A DNA stretch of 64,000 nucleotides from Carpediemonas membranifera BICM (GCA_019828565.1 JAHDYR010000062.1:1250421-1314420); one strand, 5' to 3'; positions 50,276 through 61,564 are shown, counted from the stretch's first letter. The notes: generated by a model not told the origin, from the sequence alone. Numbers and translations are program-made.

Positions 50276-52855
50276 TCAGCGCTGCCGCAGACACCGCGGG
50301 CAGGGCGACTCTCCGTCCTCCCCCAGTCGCCGCAGACAATCGATGAGGAAGCTGTGGCCGCAGTAGAAGATCACCACCTCCTCCGCCGCGCCTAACAGAC
50401 TACACCCGCAGCCGCAGCTGCAGCAGGTGTCGTTGCGGACGATGATGGGGGTGCGGCGCCGCTTGTCGAGCGTGCGCATGACACCGAAGACGTCGGCGTG
50501 GAAGAGAACCTCGCAGTCCTGCAGCCGCGATAGGCCCAAGAGCTCGTGCTCGAGGACATCAAGCAGCCTCGACCCCAAGTTATCAATCTTCGAATCTACG
50601 TCAATATCTCGTACAATCTGGAGCAACGGAAGATCTCCGGCTTCACGGTCGGGGTAGGCGTCCAGGAGCTCCCCCACAAGGCCGGCTTCGTTCACGATGC
50701 GAAGGAAGACCGGCATCAGGGTCTGCTTGAGGTCGGGCGACCGGTCGATGATCTCTAAACCTCTGGATATGCTGCGCATCAGAGCCAATGATACAGACAG
50801 TGCCTCCTGGTAGCGCCCCATCTCGAGCAGCACGAATCTCGTGCACTCCCACAAGTTGTGACTGCGGCAAGCGGTGAGCGCCTTCTCGAGGTTGATGTCA
50901 GCCCGCCGCACCTGCAGGAAGGCCATGAGTTCGTCTTCCGCGCCGTACTCGGCCGTGAGCTCGACGACATGGTCCGCGTATGGCACCAGCAGCGTCCCGT
51001 TGACGGTCCCCAGGGCGTGGTAGTATCGGTAGAGGCGGGCCGGGTCCCCGATGGTCTGCCGTATGATGCGGGTCGGGACATGGTCGGGGTGGGTGGCGAA
51101 GAGCTCAATGGCCTTGGCCTCGTCGATCTGGAGCAACTCAGTGATGTAGGAGCGACCCCCACCGACGCCGGCAATCGTCCGGTGAATCTGTTTCTCATTG
51201 ATATAATCAAATATCAGATTGGACTTCATCAGAACGTACTGGTTGAGGGCTGAAGCCCGGTCGTCCAGCTTATCGAACACGAGAGCTAGCGTGTGCCCGA
51301 GCGCCTCGTCGTCCGACGCACCCGCGATTGCCTTCTGCAGCATTGGCACGAGGGGTTGGGGCGGGATGACGCCGTTCGTCTCTCGCGTGTCCGACCGCTT
51401 CGCCTGCAGCCCCCAGGTCTGGATGGCCGCGAGGGCATGGTCGAACTTTCCAGAGGCGACGAGCGCCGCGATGACTGAGAAGTACGCGTCCGGATTGAGT
51501 CTCAGCTTGTTCCCCGGGGCCCGGGGGTGGGGTATGGTCGGGTAAACCTCCTCAAGCCCGGGGAGACGGCACGCGACAAAGACGAACTCGCGCCAGGCCT
51601 TGACGGAGGAACGGAGGAGGTCCTGGGCCTGCTCGCGGACGGTGCTGATGCGGCCCGCCTCGATCTCCTGCTTCAGGAAGGCCACGCCGAGCTGCGCTGT
51701 GAGGGCCGGGTCCTGGGCGGCGAAGGCCTGGCGGAGGGCGTCCTGGATGCGGCCGCTGTCCCTGTAGTGGAGGGCGAGGTCCCGGACGCTCATGGGGACG
51801 ACGTGGATCGGGTTGGCCGGGTCTGCGATGAAGAACGTCATCTCCTTCCTGTCGCGTCCCGTGGGGAAGCCGTACAGGTCCAGGGCCCCCTCGTCAGCGA
51901 CATTCCGTCTGAGGCCGTCAGCATGCAGGTCTGTGGCCCCCTCCTGACCCGTGTAGTCCATCACACGCACGGTGAGACCAGTGGCCGACCGACACAGCAG
52001 CGTCAGCCGGCCGCGGCGACTGTGTGAGACACCCACTACAGGCGCCCCGACGTTCATAAACTTCAGGGGCTTCAGCTTGGTCTTATCTTCGCTAGTGATC
52101 GAGTACACACCGACGACATGGCCCCAGCCGACGAGGGCCTCGTTGCCCAGCACGCTGAGGCGGGCACGGCCGTCGTCGTAGGGCATTGTGCCGATGACGG
52201 GGTCCTTGAAGCCGACGAGCGTGTACGTGCCGTTGTTCCCGCGCTGGACGAGCGAGATTCCGCGGTCCGACACGGCGAGGACGTGGTTCGCGGGCAGGCC
52301 GATGCAGTGCACCGGACAGCGCACGTGCTCGGACGCCACGACCTCCGTGGTGGTGTAGCCGCCGCGACTGGGCCGGTAGACGGCCACGCCGCCCATCACG
52401 TTCCCCGCGTGGAAGACCCACTGCTTGTCGACCTCCTGCCCGGCCACTGCAGTCACCTCGCGGTTAGTACCAATAGCCATTGACGGGAAAACCTTCTGTA
52501 ACTCGCGTGTGATGGGCGAGATGACGATCCTCGATCCAGAAGAGGAGAATGAGAAGTGCTCGGTCAACGCCATGTGGGAAACAGGCCCAGCGTGGAATCT
52601 GGCAATGGGGAGAAGCTCGATACGCTTTCCATTTGGATCAAAGACATGAATGTCACCAGTGCTGGTGCCGCATGCGAAGAAATCGTGCTTGTATGCGGCA
52701 AACGCCGTGAAATTAACGTCACGGGAAATAACAGCGAAGCTGAGAGGATCAGGCTCTTCCTCGTCGCGCTGATATGTGTAGTAATGGTACCATGGGTCGT
52801 CCATGGCTGATTCGGGCTGGTGGCGATGTGAATGAAGATACCTTAAAGTGCTCAT
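50276..52855 (-). CDS. Vps41-like HOPS subunit, copy 2 (likely start ATG 52804)
   Basis: Paralog of 24748-27321 with the same WD40-clathrin repeat-RING layout. Confidence 0.75.
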   Translation of the reverse strand: MSTLRYLHSHRHQPESAMDDPWYHYYTYQRDEEEPDPLSFAVISRDVNFTAFAAYKHDFFACGTSTGDIHVFDPNGKRIELLPIARFHAGPVSHMALTEHFSFSSSGSRIVISPITRELQKVFPSMAIGTNREVTAVAGQEVDKQWVFHAGNVMGGVAVYRPSRGGYTTTEVVASEHVRCPVHCIGLPANHVLAVSDRGISLVQRGNNGTYTLVGFKDPVIGTMPYDDGRARLSVLGNEALVGWGHVVGVYSITSEDKTKLKPLKFMNVGAPVVGVSHSRRGRLTLLCRSATGLTVRVMDYTGQEGATDLHADGLRRNVADEGALDLYGFPTGRDRKEMTFFIADPANPIHVVPMSVRDLALHYRDSGRIQDALRQAFAAQDPALTAQLGVAFLKQEIEAGRISTVREQAQDLLRSSVKAWREFVFVACRLPGLEEVYPTIPHPRAPGNKLRLNPDAYFSVIAALVASGKFDHALAAIQTWGLQAKRSDTRETNGVIPPQPLVPMLQKAIAGASDDEALGHTLALVFDKLDDRASALNQYVLMKSNLIFDYINEKQIHRTIAGVGGGRSYITELLQIDEAKAIELFATHPDHVPTRIIRQTIGDPARLYRYYHALGTVNGTLLVPYADHVVELTAEYGAEDELMAFLQVRRADINLEKALTACRSHNLWECTRFVLLEMGRYQEALSVSLALMRSISRGLEIIDRSPDLKQTLMPVFLRIVNEAGLVGELLDAYPDREAGDLPLLQIVRDIDVDSKIDNLGSRLLDVLEHELLGLSRLQDCEVLFHADVFGVMRTLDKRRRTPIIVRNDTCCSCGCGCSLLGAAEEVVIFYCGHSFLIDCLRRLGEDGESPCPRCLRQR

Positions 52856-53029
52856 CCTCTAGGGATCCACCGTGACGTCCAGCAGCAGTAGTACGTCCAG
52901 GCTGGCCGGTGTTGACCTATGCGGTGCTGGTAGCTCAGTTTTGCGCCCAGTGGAGTCGGTAGAGGCTGACCAGGCCATAGCTGGACCGGTGCTGGGCCGG
53001 CATGAATGAGGGTTACACAAGGTGGGGTC
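50276..53029 (-). repeat. Inverted paralogous repeat, arm 2
   Basis: Reverse complement matches 24576-27321 in blocks. Confidence 0.9.
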
Positions 53030-53814
53030 GACACACCGAGCTTTGTTCAGAGGTATGACAATATGCCGGACTTGGACTCAACGGAACCCGGTCACGCTCG
53101 GGTCCCTTTCCCAGGCTTTGTCGGCTAGGCCGAATGCAATGGCTCTGTGTCGTTATGCGGCTAACATGGCGTCGACTCGCCGCTCAGCGCATTCGCCGGA
53201 TGACTTTGTCGAGTTATCGAGGCAAGCCTGTTGTAGATATAGTGATGGAGATACTAGGTCTGAGTAAAGTGAGTCTGCCAGCGCGTTCTCCATGTTGCCG
53301 TCTCTCGCTGCCCTCCTTCCCGTCAAACCGCAGTCGGGTCGACAGCGTCACCCCAGTCATCCTCAGCGATGCGCCTGCTTGGACCACGCACCGCGTATCT
53401 TCCAGAAGAACACCATTCTCGAGCCAGCTCAATCTATTGCAGGAAGGGTCGCCCCCCCTAGCACCGCACTCATCGGAAACCTGCTCATTCCTCTGGGCGT
53501 TCAGTTTGCTACCGTTGCATGTCAACCGACCAGGGGATGATACTAGCAGCTGCCATAGATACGACTCGACCGCCATGGACACGTGAGTATCTGATAACGA
53601 CCGGACCCAGCCCGTGCCAATGAATAACACCCAGCAGTGAAAAGCCCCGCGTTCAGTGGTGTCGACGTCAGTTTAAGAGCTACGCATTGTCCAACCGTCC
53701 GGGTTGTTGGTCAAGTGGTCACAAGGGTCACTAACTTCATATTTACCTCGTCCTCACACTCACCAGGGCACAGGCCCTGGCCGCTCCACCACACCTCACT
53801 CCACATCAAGCCTG

Positions 53815-56670
53815 TCAATGGGCAAGAGTCTCGACGATCGACTGGGCCGCCGCCACAGCGCTCTGGTCCGCAGACCCGCTGGCCCGCACCGCCTCGACGG
53901 CCCCCTGCACGAGCGTCTCCACACCCACACCGTCCATGAAGTCCACCACCTGCGGCCCGGCGAACGATAGTGCGACGTACGCCGCCTGGAAGCCGTCCTC
54001 GGGGTCCTTCACCGTCATGTCACGCTGGGTCACCCGGCTGGTGCTGGCAGTCTTCCGGTAGTTGACCAAGGCGTGGCTGAGGGCAGGCAGCAGGAAGTGG
54101 TGCAGCTGCGCCCCGGGGGCAGACGCCGCGAGCTCACTGAGGCCGACGACGGCGTACTTCCACTGATACTGGTCCAGGTTCGTGGCCGCGAGCTTGCCGA
54201 TGTTGGCGCACACAACGTTGGTGATGGCCATGGCGCTGAATCCCTGTTGGATGCCCTCGAGAATCCCCACGAAAGCACCGGGCCCGACGCGGTGGACGGC
54301 GAGGCACAGCATGGCGCTGAAGTTGGCCATGTAGACGGGCGTGGCCTTCTTCTGGGCCCGCTGGAAGAGCAGTTTAACGAGCCTCGTCCCCCGGTCGGGC
54401 GAGACCACCACCTCGACGGGCGCGGCCGCCACGAACGTTTGTACGAGCTCGATGCCGTAGAACTCGGTCTTGACGGACAGCACAAGCTTCTTGACGATCT
54501 CAAAGACCTTGGCAAAGATCTCCTCGGACGCGAATGCGGCGGGCTCCTTCCTGACGTAGACCTGGATGACCTTGGCGAGGGCGGGGATGTTGCCCCGCTC
54601 GAGCCAGAGGGACTCGGATGCAGTGATGGCCGCCAGCACCGCCTGGTAGCGCTCAGTGACGGCGGGGCGGCATGTGAGCATCTGGGCGATGAACTGGAAC
54701 GCGTACGACTGGAACTCGACGACGTTCTCGGTCACAATGTAGTTGATTGATTCAAACACAGACGCCTCGAGCTGATCGAATGCTTCAGGGGCGTCAGCGG
54801 CGACTATTCTGGCGATGACGAGGGCGAGGGCCTCGAAGACGAGGTGGTTGAACATCGGCACGCTGGGGTCCTTGGCGATGCGGAGAACGATACCAGAGAG
54901 CGTGGCGTAGACGTCCTTGCTCACAGCGAGGGCGAGGGGGGCCGGTGCCTGGACCAGGAGACGTATGGCGAGCTTGAGCAGCTGGGAGCACGTGCCCCAC
55001 TCATCCTCCCGGGTCAGGCGGGAGAAGACGACCGTGAAGGCCGACATCACCCTGCCGCTGATTGATTCAAAGGGAATGACCGGTTGGCCGTCCTTCTGCA
55101 TGCGGAGGAGATAATCGAGCGTGTATGCGGAGTACGCCGAGACCACGTAGCAGTCGGCCTCCAGCTTCTCCCAGAGCTGTGTGATGCACGCGGTGATGTG
55201 TCTGGGCTGCAGATACGGCCTGAAGAACGCGATGAATTTGATCGCCGCGGCCACGAGCATCGGGTCCTGGGCCGTGAGGGCCGGCACGACGTGCTGCTCG
55301 AGGAAGCCGTACAGCGTCGGCTCGTCACACCGGATGGAGGTGACGCCGCGCTTGAGGATGAATCCGACGATGGAGATGGACGAAAAGAACTTGATGGCGA
55401 GGATCCTGCTGGCCTCCGTCACCGGTGTCGTCTGAAGGACGCTGTCCAGCTTCTCCACGGCCACGGCTAGCACGGGCTGCTCGAAGTGGATGCAGAGGGC
55501 CGACACGAGCTCCGAGGCGGCCCCAGCCCTGCTGTACTCGGCGTCCGAGAAGTGGTCGAGGTCCAGCTGCACGAACTGGCGGGGGTTCATCTCGAACTCG
55601 TCGACGTCCTCGTCTCTGACCGCGAGGGAGGGCAGGACCACGCTCTTGACGATGGTGCGGAGGGTCTCGGGCTCTCTGAGTGTGTGGAAGTAGTAGGGGG
55701 ACGTCGCGATCGACTGGACATACTGGATACAGGCGATCGCCAGGCTGTCGAGGGTCGCGGCGGCCGAGAGTGATTGCAGCAGAGTCCATATCAGCGGAGT
55801 GAACTTGCTGACGTAGTCCTTGAAGTCGCCCTCGTCAATGTGGGTCACACAGAAGCGTACGTTGCGGACGGTGGCCGTCTGTGCCTTGACCAGCATAGTC
55901 TTGTCCTCCGGGGCAGCAGACATGAAGTCGTTACGTGCCTCCAAGATAAATGCGAACATCTGGGTAAACGTCGGCAAGTTGTCCTCAAAGAACTCGGGGA
56001 CCGTGTGCCAGTTGAGGGTCGACCAGATCTTCAGCAGATACATCACGCACCGCATAGCGAGTGGGCGATCGACCTCGTTCGGGGGCTGGGGAAGGGCCGT
56101 GAACAGAGCCTGCATGTGGGCCATCATGGGCTGGCAGAACTGGTCGAGGAGGGCACGGAGCTCGGGCACGAGCTGGTCGATGTCCTCGCCGTCTCTGAAG
56201 CGGGTCTTCGTGGCGACATGGATGAGGCGGAGAACCGCAGCGGCCTCGTGCAAGGCTGAGCGCTGCATGGCTGAGTTAAGCATGGAGATGCAGTTGTCGA
56301 TGAAGCCCTGCCACACAGGATAGTCTGTGGTGAGGATAGTGCGCAGTGCGGCCATAAAGACGTTGCTGATGACGGGATGGCCCGACTTTTCGAAGTATAC
56401 TTGCAGTATTTGGAGGCGAATTTGCTCATCATTGTACAGACCGCGCTCCTCCTTATCGGGCCAAACGCGGTTCACCCAGTTCTTGAGGAGAAGTGAGGTT
56501 GAAAGCGTAGCCGCCTCATCGTTGGCGAAATCTGAAGTGATAAGGCCAATTAGCGCTTGCCCGAGCTCCGTGTTCGACAATAGCGAGCTAAGGTACTTCT
56601 CAGCAGCCTTGAACTCTTTCATGTTGCCTTGTGGGTTGCATACACGCAGGATGGCGGACTTCAATTCCAT
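53815..56670 (-). CDS. CSE1: Exportin-2 / CSE1-like importin-beta family protein
   Basis: IBN_N-like LLKNWVNRVW, VPEFFEDNL, DEFEMNPRQFVQLDLD, PSVPMFNHLVFEAL, EFQSYAFQFIAQML, LWLERGNIPAL. Confidence 0.85.
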   Translation of the reverse strand: MELKSAILRVCNPQGNMKEFKAAEKYLSSLLSNTELGQALIGLITSDFANDEAATLSTSLLLKNWVNRVWPDKEERGLYNDEQIRLQILQVYFEKSGHPVISNVFMAALRTILTTDYPVWQGFIDNCISMLNSAMQRSALHEAAAVLRLIHVATKTRFRDGEDIDQLVPELRALLDQFCQPMMAHMQALFTALPQPPNEVDRPLAMRCVMYLLKIWSTLNWHTVPEFFEDNLPTFTQMFAFILEARNDFMSAAPEDKTMLVKAQTATVRNVRFCVTHIDEGDFKDYVSKFTPLIWTLLQSLSAAATLDSLAIACIQYVQSIATSPYYFHTLREPETLRTIVKSVVLPSLAVRDEDVDEFEMNPRQFVQLDLDHFSDAEYSRAGAASELVSALCIHFEQPVLAVAVEKLDSVLQTTPVTEASRILAIKFFSSISIVGFILKRGVTSIRCDEPTLYGFLEQHVVPALTAQDPMLVAAAIKFIAFFRPYLQPRHITACITQLWEKLEADCYVVSAYSAYTLDYLLRMQKDGQPVIPFESISGRVMSAFTVVFSRLTREDEWGTCSQLLKLAIRLLVQAPAPLALAVSKDVYATLSGIVLRIAKDPSVPMFNHLVFEALALVIARIVAADAPEAFDQLEASVFESINYIVTENVVEFQSYAFQFIAQMLTCRPAVTERYQAVLAAITASESLWLERGNIPALAKVIQVYVRKEPAAFASEEIFAKVFEIVKKLVLSVKTEFYGIELVQTFVAAAPVEVVVSPDRGTRLVKLLFQRAQKKATPVYMANFSAMLCLAVHRVGPGAFVGILEGIQQGFSAMAITNVVCANIGKLAATNLDQYQWKYAVVGLSELAASAPGAQLHHFLLPALSHALVNYRKTASTSRVTQRDMTVKDPEDGFQAAYVALSFAGPQVVDFMDGVGVETLVQGAVEAVRASGSADQSAVAAAQSIVETLAH

Positions 56671-56850
56671 TTGCCACGTGGCTTGGGGGTAAAGCTGCAC
56701 AACCCTCAACTCTCGACCACTGGTCGTTGATATGGCCAGCTAGTGCCCCGGATGTACGGAGTCACACGCACCACTGCCCTTCCTCCGTGTCGATCCGCGT
56801 GTCTCCGGCATGAGGGCATGGTAAGTGCCATAAAATGCGTTTTTATCCGA

Positions 56851-58557
56851 TTACACTACAGGCTCGAACTTCAGCGTCATGAGCTTTGCCGGCAGTGGCA
56901 GCCTACCGTCCAGTCGCTGCTCGCCCATCGCCTCGGGGATGGCGGCCAGGTAGCGGTCCGCGAGAGTGGAGAGGACGCCCTCGCTGGCAAGCTTCTTGGC
57001 GATCCGGAAGCAGTATCTCGCCTCGTTGGGCAGGGCCATCTGGTGGAACAGCTGGCCCGTGATGACCCACACGAAGGGGTCGGCGTACCTCTGCTGGATG
57101 CAATGAGAGTAGCACATCACGGCCTCGTCGGTCTGCCCGCGGGAGGCGAAGAGTCTGCCGAGGAGGAGGAACTTGTGGTAGGTCTGGGAGTGCTTCAGCA
57201 GCGGCAGCAGGTGCTCGAACGCGGTCATGCTCATGTTCTTGGCCAGGATCAGCTGGGCCAGCACGTACTGCACCGGCAGGGAGCCGGGCGTGTACACTGA
57301 GGCGGCTGTAAGGTGCGCGATGCACTCGTTGATTGCGGAGGACGCGGTGTCGTCGTTGGCCAAGGCAACGGGCTCCGTGCGCCACATGCTCCAGTCGAGG
57401 TCGTACACCTCCGCTCCGGCCATCTGGGGATACGTCGTGACGAGCGTGTCGCCCTCGGGGCTGTGGGCCGCCTCGAGGACGTGCCAGCAGAGGTGGGTCG
57501 CCATGCGGGACAGGGACTCGAGGACGGTCTGGATGGCGCAGTTGGGGCCGCGCTCGATGATCTGGAGCAGCTGCTGCAGGTTTGGGCAGGACTGGATGCC
57601 GAGCCGGTGGATCGTCTGCACGAAGAGAGCGTCCTTGCCCTGGCAGCAGATCGGGCACACGTGCCGGAGCAGGCAGGACGGCGAGACGACGAGGTCCAGG
57701 GACCCTAGCGCCCGTGAGATCGCCGCGGGGCCGTCGGGGGTGCGCATCTGACTGAAGAAGCTCAGCGCACGGGGCTTCCAGGTCTCGGACAGGGCGTAGA
57801 GGTCCTGTCCCGTGGAGGCCTCAGGCTTGGGGATCGGGATCATCATGCGGATGTCCGGCGGGAGCAGGTTCATGATGGCGTCCGTCGCCTGGGGCTCGCT
57901 GGAGTGCTCGCGACAGAGATAGACCAGCGCCGTCATCGCCACAGCAGTGCAGAGGTAGCTATTGGACTCGACAGCGGCCTCGGCGCCCTTGATGGCGGCC
58001 CGAAGATGCTTCTCGGCCGTGCCCTCGGCGTCGAGGTAGTGGAAGGCGATGCCGCGGCACAGCGAGGCGCGGGGGTCGTCCATGCCGGCCACAGTCATGA
58101 TGGCGTCGCTGTACTGGCCCCTGCGGAGGTAGAGGAAGGCGAGCGCGCTCTTGACGTCGGGGTGATCTGGGGCGCCGTCCAGGGCTGCCTTGGCGTACAG
58201 CACCACGGTTTCTGCGGCTGGATGGTAGCGGCGGAACTCCGTGATGGTGTCGAAGATGTCCATGAGGGCCGCGGGGCCGTCGGTGAAGCGGATCATCCCG
58301 GCGAGCTGCTGGCTCGTCATGTGGTGATTCCCGGCGTCGCTGATGGAGGAAGCGATGCCAAAGAATAAACGGCGATGAATGGACTCAAAGATCTCGTCGG
58401 GGATGTCCGCGGTGCTGAGTTGCTCCTCGAGGAGCGCAATCTCTGGCCCAGGGTTGAACGCCTGCTGCACAGAGAGAAAATGACCAAGCTGCATTGTTTC
58501 ATCAGTCTCGCGCTGCTGTGCTGCTGCTGGTTGCTGCCAAACTGGCTCGTGAACCAT
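56851..58557 (-). CDS. TPR-repeat protein
   Basis: TPR-like helices (ALAFLYLRRGQYSDA, LGRLFASRGQTDEAVMCYSHCI). Confidence 0.7.
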   Translation of the reverse strand: MVHEPVWQQPAAAQQRETDETMQLGHFLSVQQAFNPGPEIALLEEQLSTADIPDEIFESIHRRLFFGIASSISDAGNHHMTSQQLAGMIRFTDGPAALMDIFDTITEFRRYHPAAETVVLYAKAALDGAPDHPDVKSALAFLYLRRGQYSDAIMTVAGMDDPRASLCRGIAFHYLDAEGTAEKHLRAAIKGAEAAVESNSYLCTAVAMTALVYLCREHSSEPQATDAIMNLLPPDIRMMIPIPKPEASTGQDLYALSETWKPRALSFFSQMRTPDGPAAISRALGSLDLVVSPSCLLRHVCPICCQGKDALFVQTIHRLGIQSCPNLQQLLQIIERGPNCAIQTVLESLSRMATHLCWHVLEAAHSPEGDTLVTTYPQMAGAEVYDLDWSMWRTEPVALANDDTASSAINECIAHLTAASVYTPGSLPVQYVLAQLILAKNMSMTAFEHLLPLLKHSQTYHKFLLLGRLFASRGQTDEAVMCYSHCIQQRYADPFVWVITGQLFHQMALPNEARYCFRIAKKLASEGVLSTLADRYLAAIPEAMGEQRLDGRLPLPAKLMTLKFEPVV

Positions 58558-58753
58558 GAGCGCTTATGATCTCGTTGGCGCAAACTCGATCTTGCCCAAT
58601 CTGGATGCCCTATCAGATGGAAGTAGACAAGCCATGACGCCGGCCCTCCCGCTGCCGGTCGACTCCTGGCCAGTGCCCCGGGCATGGACCCTGATGCAAG
58701 CGTTTACTATGATAGCAGCCCGCCGCACGAACGTCAGCCCACGCTCCACGCCG

Positions 58754-59647
58754 TTAGATGGGCGGGTGTGCCCTCTCCTCGGCGGGCTGGGCGGCGTAGA
58801 CGTTGTAGTTCCTCTTGAGCCCGGGCTCAATCTCGAGAATGCTCGCGTAGTTGCCGCAGCGGTAGCAGTAGTTCGGGGCGCTCCACACGGTACTCAGCAT
58901 GTCGTCGAACATGACCTGGAACCCATCCGTGCAGATCTGGTGGGCCCGCAGGATGTGGCTGATCCGGTTCACACGGCAGAACGCCTCGACCACGTTAGCC
59001 CCGAAGAAGTGGCCGGCGCCCCTGCTGTTGGGCGCGAACCCCTCCTTCGTGCTGGGGTCAGACCAGAGGAGGTCCGACAGAGGCCCCTCCAGCGGTAGCT
59101 CCTGGTACCGCAGCAGCTGGCGGATGCGGTCGATCGTGTGAACCGAGGGGGACAGGCCGCCGTGCACGCAGAAGATCTGGCCGTCTATGATTGCTGCGAC
59201 AGTGAGGTAGTCGAATAGGGAGGTGAAGGACTGCCACACCGAGACGTCGCCGTACTTCCGGGTCACCTCCATGTAGAAGCCGTAGAACTGGCTGATCTGG
59301 CGGGACTCGTGGTTACCGCGGAGGAGGTGGATGCGGTCCGGGTGGCGGAGCTTGAGACAGACGAGGAGGCTGATGGTTTCCACGCCAAAGGCACCGCGGT
59401 CAACATAGTCACCGAGGAACAGGTAGTTCACATTTGGGGGCATTCCACCGATATTAAACAGTTCAAACAGGTCGTACAACTGGCCATGGATGTCTCCAAT
59501 CACCGAGATGGGTGTTGAGAGGCGCAATACATTGGGCTCTTCGATGAGAAGCTGTTTCGCTCTATCACACAGCATTTTCACAGTTGATTCGGGCAGAAAC
59601 TCGCCACGCATCAGGGTTTCAATGCACTCGTCGATGTTGAGACTCAT
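58754..59647 (-). CDS. PP2A-family Ser/Thr phosphatase catalytic subunit (PP4/PP6/Ppg1-like)
   Basis: GDIHGQ, GDYVDRG, RGNHE, HGGLSP, WSAPNYCYRCGN. Confidence 0.9.
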   Translation of the reverse strand: MSLNIDECIETLMRGEFLPESTVKMLCDRAKQLLIEEPNVLRLSTPISVIGDIHGQLYDLFELFNIGGMPPNVNYLFLGDYVDRGAFGVETISLLVCLKLRHPDRIHLLRGNHESRQISQFYGFYMEVTRKYGDVSVWQSFTSLFDYLTVAAIIDGQIFCVHGGLSPSVHTIDRIRQLLRYQELPLEGPLSDLLWSDPSTKEGFAPNSRGAGHFFGANVVEAFCRVNRISHILRAHQICTDGFQVMFDDMLSTVWSAPNYCYRCGNYASILEIEPGLKRNYNVYAAQPAEERAHPPI

Positions 59648-59811
59648 TGCGGTGAGGGTGTGGTGTTGCCAATCCTGCGCCCAGTTTTCTACGGCCACCA
59701 GACCATAGCACACCCCTTACCGGCTCGCGTGCACACATCTGGTCGAAATGAGACGGCAAAGAGCATCATTTACTGCGCAAGCGGCTGATTTCGTTATGCA
59801 GCGAATTCTCC

Positions 59812-60039
59812 TCATTCACAGCCGATATAGTAGAGCCTAGAGCCTCTGATAAACGCATCTCCGAACTTATTGATCATGTTTTGCTCAAAGAACTCCTCGG
59901 CCTGCTCTAGAACGACATTCATTGTGGCATCGATGCAAACGAGGATTCCCCGGTATGTGGTGCCATCAACAAGCTTCACAACGACGCGCTCGCCGATGAT
60001 TCCATTCAGGAAATCACTAGAGGAGTTGGTTGTCGACAT
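59812..60039 (-). CDS. LSM6: Sm-like protein LSm6
   Basis: SDFLNGIIGERVVVKL..G..YRGILVCID..MNVVLEQAEE...NKFGDAFIRG. Confidence 0.85.
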   Translation of the reverse strand: MSTTNSSSDFLNGIIGERVVVKLVDGTTYRGILVCIDATMNVVLEQAEEFFEQNMINKFGDAFIRGSRLYYIGCE

Positions 60040-60198
60040 TTTCAAAGGACCGCGTTGTCAACGGTGCACTTTATGTCATTCTCAGAAAACGAGCATAGCA
60101 GGGCCAGCAATCGGCATAGGAAGGCTATGTGCGTCTAGCTTGGCCATGTTTCGACATCCCTGGATATTTTCGGCGCATTTTTTGACACGAAACGGCCA

Positions 60199-61308
60199 AT
60201 GGAAGAGGCCGAACTAGCCAGCGAATACGACAGTGAATACGACAGCACATATGATAGCGAATACAGCGATGAGGATCAGTCAATCGTTGGTGCTCTTCCG
60301 AACCTTCGTGCCGAGAAATCGGTACGTTTTCTCTCCAGCCCGCAGGAAATGATCAAAGCCCCCGATCCAAGTCCGAATGCGCAAGTTTATAGCCCTAGTA
60401 GTGTTCTTTCGACGCCATCAGCGCCTGGGGAGCGGAGGAAGTCCATTCTCATGACCCCAAAGCTGCAGCTCACTCCCAGCGTCGAGAAGAACAAGGTCGT
60501 GTACGTCAACCGATCTGCATCGTACCGAGCGATGCCCATGGTCCACAGCAAGTGGACTGACTCACCGTTAGTACGAGAGCAGGCTGTAGCGTCTGAATAC
60601 AACCGGCTGATCAGGGAGAGCAAGATCACCGCGCCCCGGTTCAGACTGGGGCCGCCAGTGAGGGAGGAGGCGGCCACACTCCATGATTTCCCAGACAGGC
60701 CGAAGCATTTGACATCGAATGCGATCCCGCCGCTCTCAGAGAAGGTGGTGCAGCGGAAGTTCAAGAAGGCGACCCACATCGCGAAGCAGGTCAAACCAGA
60801 CATGGCTGTCGACATTAGGCCAATGAAGAAGCTCAACCTGTCGTACCAGGACGCGTTCCAGGAGTACCAACTCTTCCACACTCTGACGTTGCTCACACAC
60901 TTCCCAAAGCTGCGGGAGCTGAACGTATCGAACTCCCAGCTCCGGGGCCAGCTCGCCAAGGTGACGCTGCCCAAGCTACGTGTGCTGTATGCGGCCAACA
61001 ACGACATCACCTCATTGAAGCAGCTTCCCAAGATGCCTAAGGTCGAACGCATCAACGTCGCCAACAACGCCATCAACGGGATCAAGGGCATCGAGCGGTA
61101 CGGCACCCTCCAGTCGCTTGTCCTCCGGACGAACCCCATTGCCCTCCACGCTGACTACCGCTTCGTCGTTGCAACACACTGTGGGTCAGCGTTGACCACT
61201 CTTGACGGGTCCCCGATATCGCGTGTAACCGGAGCAGGGCTGCGGTACAAGGCGCACATGGCGTGGGAGGTTGCCAAGGACAAGTGGTTGACGATGCGAC
61301 ACCGCTGA
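60199..61308 (+). CDS. Leucine-rich repeat protein (SDS22-type LRRs with LRRcap)
   Basis: LRELNVSNSQL, LRVLYAANNDI, LQSLVLRTNPI...YRFVVA...LTTLDG. Confidence 0.8.
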   Translation: MEEAELASEYDSEYDSTYDSEYSDEDQSIVGALPNLRAEKSVRFLSSPQEMIKAPDPSPNAQVYSPSSVLSTPSAPGERRKSILMTPKLQLTPSVEKNKVVYVNRSASYRAMPMVHSKWTDSPLVREQAVASEYNRLIRESKITAPRFRLGPPVREEAATLHDFPDRPKHLTSNAIPPLSEKVVQRKFKKATHIAKQVKPDMAVDIRPMKKLNLSYQDAFQEYQLFHTLTLLTHFPKLRELNVSNSQLRGQLAKVTLPKLRVLYAANNDITSLKQLPKMPKVERINVANNAINGIKGIERYGTLQSLVLRTNPIALHADYRFVVATHCGSALTTLDGSPISRVTGAGLRYKAHMAWEVAKDKWLTMRHR

Positions 61309-61564
61309 CCGGGGCTGACCCATTCGCACTCTCTCTCCACCATTATCAGTTATTATTTGTAAACTACGGACGGCCCTGTTTGACCTGGCATGACTTCTCC
61401 CTGCACCAGGGTTTGACTCGAGCCGCGAGCCGCTGGAGTGATAGCTGCTCCAGCCTGGTCAGCCAGCCTCTGAAAGAGGATTTAATTGAAACTTATGGCA
61501 ACAATGGGCATCCGTAAAACTCTTGTACATGTCTGCTTGGCAATGATAATATACTGCTTGCATG

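Noticed and set aside
52852-53800. Possible fragmented gene upstream of Vps41 copy 2
   Set aside because: Short ORFs in several frames with no domain and no convincing splice model.
58754-58800. PP2A-family phosphatase lacking the C-terminal YFL motif, possibly via a hidden intron
   Set aside because: No splice tried restores YFL. Divergent tails are plausible in such lineages and the evidence is insufficient.
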